Source: Planctomycetota bacterium (GTDB taxonomy: Bacteria; Planctomycetota; MHYJ01; WSZJ01). Taken from it: a stretch of 56,722 nt of DNA. Position 1 is the first letter of the stretch. Every line of letters starts with the position of its first letter. The translations under genes and the position numbers were made by a program. The notes beneath the pieces were generated by a model that did no database searches, was not told where the DNA came from, and worked only from the letters and a program-made list of their open reading frames with translations. The DNA is taken from positions 1-56,722 of the forward strand of contig JBBTCT010000010.1 in the NCBI GenBank assembly GCA_038060895.1, in the 5' to 3' direction. Shown one piece after another: positions 18,198 to 27,293 of the stretch.

Positions 18198-18487
18198 TCC
18201 CAGGAGACGTGCACTTCTGTTCCCCATATCCCCCCGCACGCGACCCTTCCCGTGCGGGTGTGTCCCATTTCGTCCCGAGCCACGACAACGAACTCCACGA
18301 ATCGTCCGTTGTAGAGCGTAGGGACCCACACGCCGGCAACTCATTCCAGCACGAGCCTCTCGCGTTGAGCCCACCGCTTGAGTTGCGATCTCCCAAGAAA
18401 CCAGTGGAAGAGGATTCCTGCGCCGGCCGCGACAAACACAGCAGCGCAGCACCACAATTCCTCGTTCGGCGACAGAGACGCGATCAC
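18194..18487 (-). pseudogene. 97-codon small membrane protein ORF with one in-frame TGA (pseudogene or recoded)
   Basis: Manual translation MIASLSPNEELWCCAAVFVAAGAGILFHWFLGRSQLKRWAQRERLVLE*VAGVWVPTLYNGRFVEFVVVARDEMGHTRTGRVACGGIWGTEVHVSWE*; start/stop overlaps with both neighbours. Confidence 0.55.
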
Positions 18488-19470
18488 GTGATCAGGCTCC
18501 TGGCTGCCTCAACGACTGCCTTCTCCGCTTCATCGAGCGACATCTTCAGCGTCGCGCCGGCCGCCGCCTTGTGCCCTCCGCCCCCGAAGCGCGCGCAAAG
18601 CGCGGCGGCGTTGCAGGTTGGCTCGGCGCGAACAGACAGCTTCACCGTGCCGCCCTCCGACGGGCGCAGAAGCATCGCGACCTCGACGCCCTTGATCGAC
18701 TTCACCATGGAGACGAACTCCTGGCTCTCCGTCGGCACCACCCCGCATGCGTCGAACATGTCGAGCGTCAGTTTCGTCCACGCGATGCGCCCGCCCTCTG
18801 CCGTCTTCACGGCGCGGATCGCTTCGCCGTGCAGCTTCAGCTCCGCGAGCGATTTCGATCCCCAGATGTGCCGGTGGATGACGCCGGGCTCGACGCCGAG
18901 ACGGAGCAGGTCGGCGGCGAGCGTGTGAGTGGAAGGGCGAGTCGACGGAAACATGAAGCGCCCCGTGTCGGTCACGACGGCGGTGTACAGGCAGACCGCG
19001 GCGTCGCGGTCGAGTGCCCACCCGGCTTCCTTCGCGAGCGCGTAAATCATTTCGCCCACGGAGCCCGACTCCGGCTCGACCCAGTTCACGGCTCCGAACT
19101 TCGGGTTCGAAGCGTGGTGGTCGATATTGACGACGCGCGCGCCTGCCGGAATCGCGGCGCGCATCCCCTCGATGCGATCGATCCCCGCGCTGTCGAGCAC
19201 GACGACCGCGTCGTACGGCGGGCGCGCTTCGGCGGGCTTGCCTCCAATCCGCGCGGCGCCGGGAAGAAACATCAGGTCGTCGGGCGCTCCCCCGTCCACC
19301 AGCAGGTCGACTTCCTTGCCTTGCGAAGCGAGCAGGCGGCCGAGCGCGAGCTGGCTCCCCAGGGCGTCGCCGTCCGGGCGGGCGTGGCAGATGACGAGGA
19401 AGCGGCGGCCGCGACGAAGTTCGTCGATGGCGGAACGAAGGCCGGCGGGGTCGGTGAGGGCGTCGGGCAT
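18484..19470 (-). CDS. nrnA: DHH/DHHA1 phosphoesterase (NrnA-like oligoribonuclease/pAp phosphatase)
   Basis: HARPDGDALGS, VLDS, NIDHH, TDTGRF, GGGGHKAAAG; start set at MPDALT. Confidence 0.9.
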   Translation of the reverse strand: MPDALTDPAGLRSAIDELRRGRRFLVICHARPDGDALGSQLALGRLLASQGKEVDLLVDGGAPDDLMFLPGAARIGGKPAEARPPYDAVVVLDSAGIDRIEGMRAAIPAGARVVNIDHHASNPKFGAVNWVEPESGSVGEMIYALAKEAGWALDRDAAVCLYTAVVTDTGRFMFPSTRPSTHTLAADLLRLGVEPGVIHRHIWGSKSLAELKLHGEAIRAVKTAEGGRIAWTKLTLDMFDACGVVPTESQEFVSMVKSIKGVEVAMLLRPSEGGTVKLSVRAEPTCNAAALCARFGGGGHKAAAGATLKMSLDEAEKAVVEAARSLIT

Positions 19471-19659
19471 CGGGGAAGTGTATTCGAAGGAGTGCGACGC
19501 TGCGAGGGAGCGCAGGCGGCCCTTCCCCGGAATCGGCAAGTTCAATTCCTGCCACCCAAGGCCGATGCTTTCAAAGTTGTCGTCTTGTAGTTCTACCGTT
19601 GCTTGAAGATTGAGAGTTGAAGTTTTCCGTTTCCCACGGCCCCATGTCACACTTCACCC

Positions 19660-21033
19660 ATGGCCCTGAAGACCACGGTTCCGATCGACATCCGCAAGCA
19701 GTTCGAGGACGCCCTCGGCCGCGAGAGCGAGGCCTGGTCCGTGTCATCGTCGCGCAATCGCGCGGGCGATCCGGGCGAGACCTGGGTGGTTGCGACGAAA
19801 ACGCGTTTGCTGATCGGCGACCGCGGGTTCGGCGGGCCGGTGTCGATCCGGGAGATCCGCCTCGGTGACGTGAAAGGTTGCGAAACAGAGGGCGGTTCCT
19901 TCGGCGCGGGACGCGTGGCGATCGTCGGCAAGTCAGGGACGCTGGACCACATCTGTTTTTCTTCGCTCGAACGCGACGATTTTTCCCGGCTCGGCGACCG
20001 CATCCGCGGAGGCGCTGCGGAGCTGCCGGTGGCGGAAGCGCAGGTCCTCGGGGAGCCGAAGACGTCGCGCCGAAAGAAAAACATCGAGCCGGTCCCGGTC
20101 GCCTCTCTGCCGATGGCCCTCCCCGTCGACGCCGGCGCCAGCCGCAAGCCCCTCCCCCCACGCCCCGGCCGCGTTCCCGCCTGCGGCGCCTTCGACCTCT
20201 TCCTCGATCACCCCGCCGCGTTCCCCGGATCTCCGCTCACCGGCGTCCTTCGCCTCCACTGGCCGAAGGACCGCGCGGTGCGCGGCGTGCGGCTCTACTG
20301 GACCGGGCGCGAGCAGACGCGCATCACGGTCGGAAGCGGCAAGCACCAGCGCACCTACCGCGAGGACCACGCGTGGGCGTCCTACCGGATCGGGTTCTTC
20401 GGTTCGGCGGACCCGCTCGGGTTCTTCGGCTCGGTCGGCGACGCGATGAGCACGGCGGCTCACCCGGTCCTGAAGGCGGGCGTGTACGAGTACCCCTTCG
20501 AGTTCCTTGTCCCCGCCGGCGCTCCCGCCGAGTTCCAGGGGACGCACGCGACGGTGACATGGGCGCTCGAAGCGGTCGTGGATGTGCCGCGCGCGTTCGA
20601 CCTGACGGCGCGGTATCCCATCCGGGTGATCCCGCCGGTCCCTTCGAGCCTGCAAGGCCGGGACAATCGGAGCGACGGAAGCGTCTTCGTGCGCGGCTGG
20701 CTGAATCCGGGTCCGATCGGGCCGGGCGCGAGCGTGACGGGCGGATTCCGGGTGGGCAATCCGTCCGGGAAAACGATCCGATGGGTGAACGTGCGGGTCC
20801 TGCGAGTGGAAAACGTGGTGGCGAAGGGGCACACGAGGCAGGCGGAGGTCGTCGAGACGGCGATCCGATTCCCGGGGGCGCAGGTGAGGGATCTGGATGT
20901 GCCGTTTGAAATCAAGCTGCCGCCCTCCTACTGTCCCTGGAACGGGAAATACAGCCGGCTGGGCTATTTCGTTGAAATTGCGCTCGACGTCGCCTGGGCG
21001 TTCGACGTGAACGTGCGCCTGAGCGTGCCGTAG
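19660..21033 (+). CDS. Arrestin-fold (SpoOM/Arrestin_N+C-like) protein with an N-terminal PH-like domain
   Basis: GVLRL...VRGVRLYWTGREQT...LKAGVYEYPFEFLVP..AP.EF.G.H..V.W.LEAVVDVP arrestin-N pattern, then a second similar beta-sandwich. Confidence 0.7.
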   Translation: MALKTTVPIDIRKQFEDALGRESEAWSVSSSRNRAGDPGETWVVATKTRLLIGDRGFGGPVSIREIRLGDVKGCETEGGSFGAGRVAIVGKSGTLDHICFSSLERDDFSRLGDRIRGGAAELPVAEAQVLGEPKTSRRKKNIEPVPVASLPMALPVDAGASRKPLPPRPGRVPACGAFDLFLDHPAAFPGSPLTGVLRLHWPKDRAVRGVRLYWTGREQTRITVGSGKHQRTYREDHAWASYRIGFFGSADPLGFFGSVGDAMSTAAHPVLKAGVYEYPFEFLVPAGAPAEFQGTHATVTWALEAVVDVPRAFDLTARYPIRVIPPVPSSLQGRDNRSDGSVFVRGWLNPGPIGPGASVTGGFRVGNPSGKTIRWVNVRVLRVENVVAKGHTRQAEVVETAIRFPGAQVRDLDVPFEIKLPPSYCPWNGKYSRLGYFVEIALDVAWAFDVNVRLSVP

Positions 21034-21317
21034 TCGCCTTGCTGGAGCCCGTTCGCCCTGCGCATTTCGGATTTCAACAATTCGAGGTGGTGCAAAACGG
21101 TACAGCGTGTCTGGAATCGATACAATCTGGAACGCTGCCCCAATCATCGTCAGGTTGTAACCCCTTCCCTGCTCGGACATTAGGTATCTCACGACGTAAA
21201 CTCCTCCGGGCTTGCAGTTTGCAGCCCGATTTAGCCTCTACTTTTTCTAGAATTCACTTCAGCGCAACAGGGGATTAGGCCGTCTAACACCTAGAGACTC
21301 ACACTCACCCGGACACC

Positions 21318-22784
21318 GTGGAACCCGTCTCCGAAACCACTCCCCTCGATCGCTTCCCTGGGAAATCCCTCGATGGCTTCCTCATCGAGACTCCCCTCGG
21401 CCGTGGCGGCATGGCAGCCGTGTTCCGCGCCCGCGACCTCGCGCTGAACCGCCCCGTCGGGCTCAAGGTGCTCCGGTCCCAGGCCGTCCGCGATTCCGCC
21501 ACGCGGGAACGCTTCCTGGAAGAGGCCCGCGCCGCGGCGCGAGTCCATCACCCCAACATCATCGAGACGTACCGCGCCGGCGAAACCGCGGGCGTCATGT
21601 ACATGGCGATGCAGTACGTGAACGGCCGCACGCTTGAAAAGCTCCTTCGCAACGACGGCCGCATGCCCTGGCGCACCGCGCTGGGCGTCGGCCGCCAGGT
21701 GGCACGCGCCCTGGAAGCGGCGCACGCGGCGGGGCTGGCGCACCGCGACGTGAAGCCCGCCAACATCATGGTGGGCCCTGACGGCCACGTCACCGTGATG
21801 GATTTCGGCGTCGCAAAGCCCCTGGCGGGCGAAGTCATGGACGCCCGACAGTTCGCAGGAACCCCTGAATACGCGAGCCCCGAGCAGCACGGCACCGGAA
21901 CCGTCGACGGGCGCACCGATCTCTGGTCGCTCGGCGTCACCCTCTACCACGCCCTCACAGGCCGCATCCCGTTCGTCGCCGAAGATGCGGCCGAGCTTCG
22001 CCGCAGGATATCCGAGGAAGAGCCCATCGCCGTTCGCGATCTCGAACCGTCCGTCCCCCTCCCCGTCGCGACTCTCGTCTCCCGCCTCATGTCCAAAAAG
22101 CCCGGAGACAGGCCTGCGACCGCGCGCGAAGCGATCCGCGCGATGGACGCGGCACTGCGGCGCGCTACGTTGAAGTGGCCCGCCGTCGCTGCCGCAGCAA
22201 TCCTCCTGCTCGCAGGCGGCGCGGTCGCTGCGCACAAGATCCGCACCTGGCATCCCGCCGACCCTTCGCCTTCCACGCCCTCCGTCGTGCACGGGGTGTC
22301 CTCGTCCGGCGGCACGCCCGCCATTCCGGCCGATGCATCCCCGGACCGCCCGCCCACACAGGGCGTCCCCTGGGCCGCACGCCCGCTTCTTCTCGTCGCG
22401 GAGCTCTCAGGCCCCGAAGGCGAATGGCTCCGGACCGCAATCCCCGACCTCCTTTCGCGCGAGCTCTCCGCCAGCGGACGCGTCGTCGTCCTCCCCAAAT
22501 CCCGCGCCTGCACCGACATCGCCGTCGCCGCGGACGTCGAGGCCGCCGCCGAGGCCGCCGGTCGAACTCACGGCGCCGACGCCGTCCTCTTCGGCGACCT
22601 GCGCGTCAACGGCGAGCGCGCCCAGGTGCGCATCGTCCTCCTCCGCCTGCGCTCCGGAAAAGTCCATCGCGACGAATTCACCGCTTCAGGGACGCGCCGC
22701 GACGTCAACGCCATGGCCGCAGCTCTGGCGGAAAAGGCGATGAAGACGATCGAAGGGCCGCTGAAGAAGGAAGAAGGCTCGTAA
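21318..22784 (+). CDS. Hanks-type Ser/Thr protein kinase with a TM helix and a periplasmic TolB-N/CsgG-like domain
   Basis: LGRGGMAAVF, GLK, HRDVKPANI, DFG, GTPEYASPEQ, DLWSLG; TM AVAAAAILLLAGG; ...AIPDLLSRELS...GADAVLFGDL. Confidence 0.9.
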   Translation: MEPVSETTPLDRFPGKSLDGFLIETPLGRGGMAAVFRARDLALNRPVGLKVLRSQAVRDSATRERFLEEARAAARVHHPNIIETYRAGETAGVMYMAMQYVNGRTLEKLLRNDGRMPWRTALGVGRQVARALEAAHAAGLAHRDVKPANIMVGPDGHVTVMDFGVAKPLAGEVMDARQFAGTPEYASPEQHGTGTVDGRTDLWSLGVTLYHALTGRIPFVAEDAAELRRRISEEEPIAVRDLEPSVPLPVATLVSRLMSKKPGDRPATAREAIRAMDAALRRATLKWPAVAAAAILLLAGGAVAAHKIRTWHPADPSPSTPSVVHGVSSSGGTPAIPADASPDRPPTQGVPWAARPLLLVAELSGPEGEWLRTAIPDLLSRELSASGRVVVLPKSRACTDIAVAADVEAAAEAAGRTHGADAVLFGDLRVNGERAQVRIVLLRLRSGKVHRDEFTASGTRRDVNAMAAALAEKAMKTIEGPLKKEEGS

Positions 22785-22788
22785 GCGC

Positions 22789-23187
22789 CTACTTCTCGTA
22801 CCGCCAGTCCATCCCGACTGCCGCCGCGTCACCGACCTCGGCTTCTCCGTCCCAGGTCCACTCCTCCCCCGCCGCTAGCGCCGCCTCCCTCCACGCCGCG
22901 CTGTCCCGCGTGCGCCGCTCCCAGCCGTCGCGGTCGACGTAGCGAAAGCGCCAGCGCAGCCGAAGCGGGCTCCCGGTCCGGTTGGTCACGGCGGCGCGGA
23001 TGCGAAGCGGGCCTCCGGTGCGGTCCTGGCTGAGCCGCGTGACCTCGAGCGCTCCGCCGAGGTAGGGTTGGCCCAGGCGCAGCGGCGTGAAATCGGCGAC
23101 GCGGTCGGGCGGCGGCGCCGGTTGTTTCGCGGAATCCGAACCGCATCCGGCAAGGAGCAGGCAGAGCACCGCGAATCGAGGACTCAT
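22789..23187 (-). CDS. YcfL/DUF1425-like lipoprotein
   Basis: Lipobox LAG-C; V.N.T...LRLRWRFRYVDRDG...W....L..GE pattern. Confidence 0.7.
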   Translation of the reverse strand: MSPRFAVLCLLLAGCGSDSAKQPAPPPDRVADFTPLRLGQPYLGGALEVTRLSQDRTGGPLRIRAAVTNRTGSPLRLRWRFRYVDRDGWERRTRDSAAWREAALAAGEEWTWDGEAEVGDAAAVGMDWRYEK

Positions 23188-23194
23188 CGCTCGC

Positions 23195-23782
23195 TCACTT
23201 CGTCGCCAGCGCCCGCTTCAACGACTCGCGCGCGCTCACCAGCGCCCGCGCGGCGTTTTCGCACCGGGGTATCGTTGTTTCGCGGATGTCCTTTGCGGAA
23301 TCGAGCATGAGCTTGGCGAGTTCGTTCTGCCGGTCGCGCGTCGCAAATTCGATGATGTCCCGTTCGGCGCCCGAAGCGCGCTCGCGCGCGAGCGCCGCCG
23401 CGCTCTTGATCGCCTGATGCGCTTCGTCGATCGCCTTCAGCGATTCCTCGTCCTCCCCGGAGCCGTCGGCGATGGCGCGGGCGGAGCGGAGGGTGGCGTC
23501 GAGTTCGGTGAAGAGCTGGATGAGGGCGGCGCCGCGCTCGGCGGCGTCATCGGGCGGCTTGAGGCGGGGGGTCCCGGCCCATTCCTCGAGGAACGCGCCG
23601 AGCCCGCGGGTTCCCTTTTCCATCCCGGCTGAGTCGGCGGCGAGCTCGCACGCCTGGCGCGCCGAGAAGCAGTCGATCCGGTAGAGCTCGAAGGCCGCCT
23701 CGGACTCCTTCGATTTCGGCGGCGGGTCCCCCGCGCAGCCCGCCACGAACGCCACCGCAAGAACCCACGGAATCCGCTTCAT
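23195..23782 (-). CDS. Alpha-helical lipoprotein, hypothetical
   Basis: Lipobox VAG-C; tightly packed in the operon. Confidence 0.7.
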   Translation of the reverse strand: MKRIPWVLAVAFVAGCAGDPPPKSKESEAAFELYRIDCFSARQACELAADSAGMEKGTRGLGAFLEEWAGTPRLKPPDDAAERGAALIQLFTELDATLRSARAIADGSGEDEESLKAIDEAHQAIKSAAALARERASGAERDIIEFATRDRQNELAKLMLDSAKDIRETTIPRCENAARALVSARESLKRALATK

Positions 23783-23783
23783 G

Positions 23784-24626
23784 TCATTTCCCCGATTCGC
23801 AATCGGGCGCCAGGTCCGCGGTCACGACGGCGTCGCCGTCCGCCGGCGCCTCGAAGAGGAATGTTCCCGCGCGGACCCGCGCCGTCCAGCATCCCTCGCC
23901 TGCCGGTGTAAAGGTCCCGGGCGCCTCGACGAGCTTGAGGCCGTTCGTGGCGGCGAGAGTGATCGCGCATTCGGCCCCCTCGGGCAGGCCGTCGATTACG
24001 AGGCGGAAGCGAGCCGTTTCGCCGCGCGCGACCTGAGGGCGTTCGGCCGCCCAGGTCCAGGAGTAGACGTGCGCGGGCCAGGTGCGGGTGAAATCTGCGG
24101 CGGACAGGGTGACGGAGTTCCGGCCGGCCTGGTCGGGGGCGACGAATCCGAGGAACACCGCGCGCGCGGAGGCCGCTTCACCAGAAATAAAAACATCGGC
24201 CCCATCAAAATCCTGCCGGATGGAAGCGGCCTCGTTCTCGATCTTCAGCGAGCACTCTTCCGGCGCGCGGGCACTGGTTGCCGGCGCCGGAACTTCGATC
24301 GCCGAGTCTCCCGCTTCGATCAGCACCGGCGGGTTTCCGGCCGCCGCGCCGTCGCCCGGCACGAGTTCCAGCAACGGTTTCCCGGAATGGAAGAGGGTCG
24401 CCCCTCCGGCCAGGGGAATGGCCTCGAGTCTCCAGTACCCCTTCTCGTCCGGCTGCACCTTGAGGGTCGCGGTCGCGGAATTCCTCGGGACGACTTCCAG
24501 GCTTGCGGTGGCGGACGGGGCGCGCACCGCGATGCTCCGGTCTGGCGGGTACACGCGCAGCGTCGCGCGCGCGGGCTCGGCCACGGCCACGCCGGCCAGC
24601 GCCAGACAAAGGAAACTCCGGATCAT
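23784..24626 (-). CDS. Secreted beta-rich hypothetical protein
   Basis: Signal peptide (LALAGVAVA); GGAG RBS; operonic. Confidence 0.65.
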   Translation of the reverse strand: MIRSFLCLALAGVAVAEPARATLRVYPPDRSIAVRAPSATASLEVVPRNSATATLKVQPDEKGYWRLEAIPLAGGATLFHSGKPLLELVPGDGAAAGNPPVLIEAGDSAIEVPAPATSARAPEECSLKIENEAASIRQDFDGADVFISGEAASARAVFLGFVAPDQAGRNSVTLSAADFTRTWPAHVYSWTWAAERPQVARGETARFRLVIDGLPEGAECAITLAATNGLKLVEAPGTFTPAGEGCWTARVRAGTFLFEAPADGDAVVTADLAPDCESGK

Positions 24627-24652
24627 CCTGCTACTCCTTTGATGGCCTTCGC

Positions 24653-25768
24653 CTAGAACCCGATCTCAATCCCGATCGACGGTGAGATGGCGCCCTGCCA
24701 ACGGTGGTTCCCCCGCGAGTCGAGCGACCGCGATTCCCTGCCGCGTAACTCGATGGAGAGGCGGGCGGCGTCCGACAGCCGGAATTCCAGGCCGGTGCGG
24801 GCTTCCGCAACGGGGTCGTACTCCGTGTCACTGCGTTCGAATCGACGATGGGACAACCCGACATCGGCCGCGGCAAACACGGTGAGCGGGCCGAAGGTGA
24901 CGGCGTCGTAGCGCACTCCGGCGAGGTAGGTATTGGTTCTGACATAGTCGCGCTGACGGACTTCGCGGGTAGTGGATGGAGTTGTTTGAGTCGTGCTGGG
25001 GGGCGCAGGACTTGGTGTGGGGCTTGGCGCTGGATTGGGATTGGGATTGGGGTTGGGATTGGGATTGGGGTTGGGGTTGGGGTTGGGGTTGGGGTTCGGA
25101 TTGGGGTTGGGACTGGGAGTCGGATTCGGCGCCCCTCCCGTCACAATCACCACCTTCCCCGGCACGACCTCCGCCTCAAACCTCTCCTGCCTCCCCGCCG
25201 ACGTCTCCGCCGACGCCTCAACCCAGAATCCCTTCCCGAGGCTCACGCTCAGCCGCCCGCCCACCACCGCCGCGGACTCTTGCCCCGAATCGCGTTCGCT
25301 CCAGATCCATCCGCCCAGCGCTTCCACCCGTACGGGAGGAGGAACAGTCCACTCGGACGGGGGCCGGAACACTCGCCCTTCAACGCGAGAATTGCTTTCG
25401 GGAAACTCGACCTCGAACCGTTCCGCCGGCTCCGCCTCCGGCCAGTCGCACTCAAACGAGTTGTCCAGCCCGCCGTTCGTGCGACCTGCACGCCGGGCGA
25501 GCGGTTCGCCCCCGGCCCAGGCGACCACGATCAGGTCCTCGCGCTCCTCGGAGTCGCGCACTTCGACCCTGGCTTTGGGGACGTCGGTCACGATCAGCGT
25601 TGCGCGAACGCCCGGCCTCGGCGCAAGCGCTGCCGGCGTGCCCGGGCCCGTGACCCTCACCCCTGCAGCCTGCGGCCGCGCCATGGCGGGCAGGACGGCC
25701 ATGAGACACGCCAGCACGGCCACGCATCTTGGAAACACAAAAGTTCCCTCCCCGGGAAGTCCGGGCAT
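24653..25768 (-). CDS. Putative outer-membrane beta-barrel protein with a (Pro-Asn)n insert (start may be GTG 25738)
   Basis: Signal peptide; alternating amphipathic strands; C-terminal ISPSIGIEIGF resembles a BAM signal. Confidence 0.65.
   Translation of the reverse strand: MPGLPGEGTFVFPRCVAVLACLMAVLPAMARPQAAGVRVTGPGTPAALAPRPGVRATLIVTDVPKARVEVRDSEEREDLIVVAWAGGEPLARRAGRTNGGLDNSFECDWPEAEPAERFEVEFPESNSRVEGRVFRPPSEWTVPPPVRVEALGGWIWSERDSGQESAAVVGGRLSVSLGKGFWVEASAETSAGRQERFEAEVVPGKVVIVTGGAPNPTPSPNPNPNPNPNPNPNPNPNPNPNPNPNPAPSPTPSPAPPSTTQTTPSTTREVRQRDYVRTNTYLAGVRYDAVTFGPLTVFAAADVGLSHRRFERSDTEYDPVAEARTGLEFRLSDAARLSIELRGRESRSLDSRGNHRWQGAISPSIGIEIGF
25031..25111. repeat. 6-bp coding microsatellite (GGGATT/GGGGTT) about x13, encoding (PN)n on the minus strand
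   Basis: Read directly. Confidence 0.92.
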
Positions 25769-25861
25769 TCTGGTAAGGAAGTTGCTGAAGTCAAGAAACT
25801 AACCTGGTGGTTCGACACGCCTGATTCCACCGGTTGCATCCTTCGAACGCAACCGCCGGAA

Positions 25862-27016
25862 TCAAAGCTGGCTCACCACTGGCCGGCGGCCTGCCACGAT
25901 CACCTCCAGAACCGGTCCGTCAAGAAGGTCGCCCGGCAATTCACCCCCGATCACGGTGAAATCTGCGGCGCAGCCTGCGGCGATCCTTCCGGATCGGCGC
26001 AGGCCGAGCGCGCGCGCACCATGTTCCGTCGCCATCCGAAGCGCCGTCTCCAGCGAGAGCCCGCGCGCCGTCGCGGCGCGAATCTCGCCGCGGACGTCCA
26101 GCGTCGGGGAGGAACCCAGGGAGTCCGTCCCCAGCGCCACCGGCACGCCCGCACGCAGAAGCCGCTTCACGGGATGCGCCGGATGGCCGAAGAACGCATG
26201 CGTCCTGGGGCACCAGACGACGGCGACGCGGAAGCGCCGCAGGAGCGCGACGTCGGCGGCCGTCAGGTAGTTCGCATGCGCAGCGGTGGCGCCGCGAAGC
26301 GCGCCCAGCCACGCGAGGTACGGCGCCGGGCGCTTGCGCGGCGGCCGCCACGTTCCGGCGTCGCGCCCGAGGCGGCGGAGCATGTCGCGGAAGGGCCCGC
26401 CGCCGGAGCGGAGGTACTCGACCTCCTCGCGGAGCTCCGAGAGGTGGGTCGCGAAAGGAACGCGGGCGCGTCGGGCCTCGAGGAAGAGGCGGCGGTAGAG
26501 TTCGCCGCTGCAGGAGTACGGGGCGTGGGGGGCGAGTCCCGGCGACCAGGTCGAAGTTTTTCTTTCCAGGAATCCCAGCGCCCTCCGGGCGGCCTCGTCT
26601 GCCCGTTCCGGGGCGATGCCGATCGCCTCGCGCCAGCTGACGCTTCGCAGGCCCGATTGACGCAGCGCGTCATTTTTGGAGAGCCAGGCGAAGTCGCCGA
26701 CCGCCGCCGTCCCCGCGGCGACGGAGCGACGGATTCCTTCCCGAATCGATTCCTCGATGTCCCCGGGGGACCGCTTCGCCCGCTCCTCCATCAGCCGCCT
26801 CGCCCACTCAGGGAAGGGCGCCGGCGCAAGCCTTCCGCCGAGAAACGTCAGCTCCAGGTGCGCGTGCGCGTTTACGAGCCCCGGCAGCAGGATCCGCCCC
26901 TTCCCCGCGCCGCGAACCCGCTTCACCGACCGGATCCGCCCTGCTTCGTGGCGGACCTCCACCCCCTCGACCCACCGCCCGCCGACGAACGCGACCCCGG
27001 CGCTCAGCACTCCCAC
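25862..27016 (-). CDS. Metal-dependent amidohydrolase (SsnA/aminodeoxyfutalosine or SAH/MTA deaminase-like)
   Basis: PGLVNAHAHLE, APHAPY, THLSE, AHAN, ALGTDS, G.I..G..ADF. Confidence 0.85.
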   Translation of the reverse strand: MGVLSAGVAFVGGRWVEGVEVRHEAGRIRSVKRVRGAGKGRILLPGLVNAHAHLELTFLGGRLAPAPFPEWARRLMEERAKRSPGDIEESIREGIRRSVAAGTAAVGDFAWLSKNDALRQSGLRSVSWREAIGIAPERADEAARRALGFLERKTSTWSPGLAPHAPYSCSGELYRRLFLEARRARVPFATHLSELREEVEYLRSGGGPFRDMLRRLGRDAGTWRPPRKRPAPYLAWLGALRGATAAHANYLTAADVALLRRFRVAVVWCPRTHAFFGHPAHPVKRLLRAGVPVALGTDSLGSSPTLDVRGEIRAATARGLSLETALRMATEHGARALGLRRSGRIAAGCAADFTVIGGELPGDLLDGPVLEVIVAGRRPVVSQL

Positions 27017-27017
27017 G

Positions 27018-27290
27018 CTACCGCGCCCGGTTCCGCCGCTTCGCACGGTCCCGCCACCCCTTGAAATACTCGGGATGCGCCTCCCGCCACTGCTTCATGT
27101 ACTCCCTCTGCCGCTCAGTCTTCCAGTAGTTCGGGTGCTTCTTCTTCCACCCCGACATGTACCGCTTCATGTACCCCGCGCGCCGCGCGGCCTTGCACGT
27201 TTCGCGCGAACAGAATACGTGCACCCGGTTCCGCGCGCGGAATCCCTTCCCGCACGCCGGACACCGCCGCTGCCCTTTCGCGCCGGCCAT
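27018..27290 (-). CDS. Small basic zinc-finger protein
   Basis: CPACG...FCSRETC plus repeated YM..W...HP.Y; tightly operonic. Confidence 0.7.
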   Translation of the reverse strand: MAGAKGQRRCPACGKGFRARNRVHVFCSRETCKAARRAGYMKRYMSGWKKKHPNYWKTERQREYMKQWREAHPEYFKGWRDRAKRRNRAR

Positions 27291-27293
27291 CGC

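Noticed and set aside
25065-25096. TTGGGG runs identical to a ciliate telomere repeat
   Set aside because: Fully explained as in-frame Pro-Asn codons within a bacterial gene.
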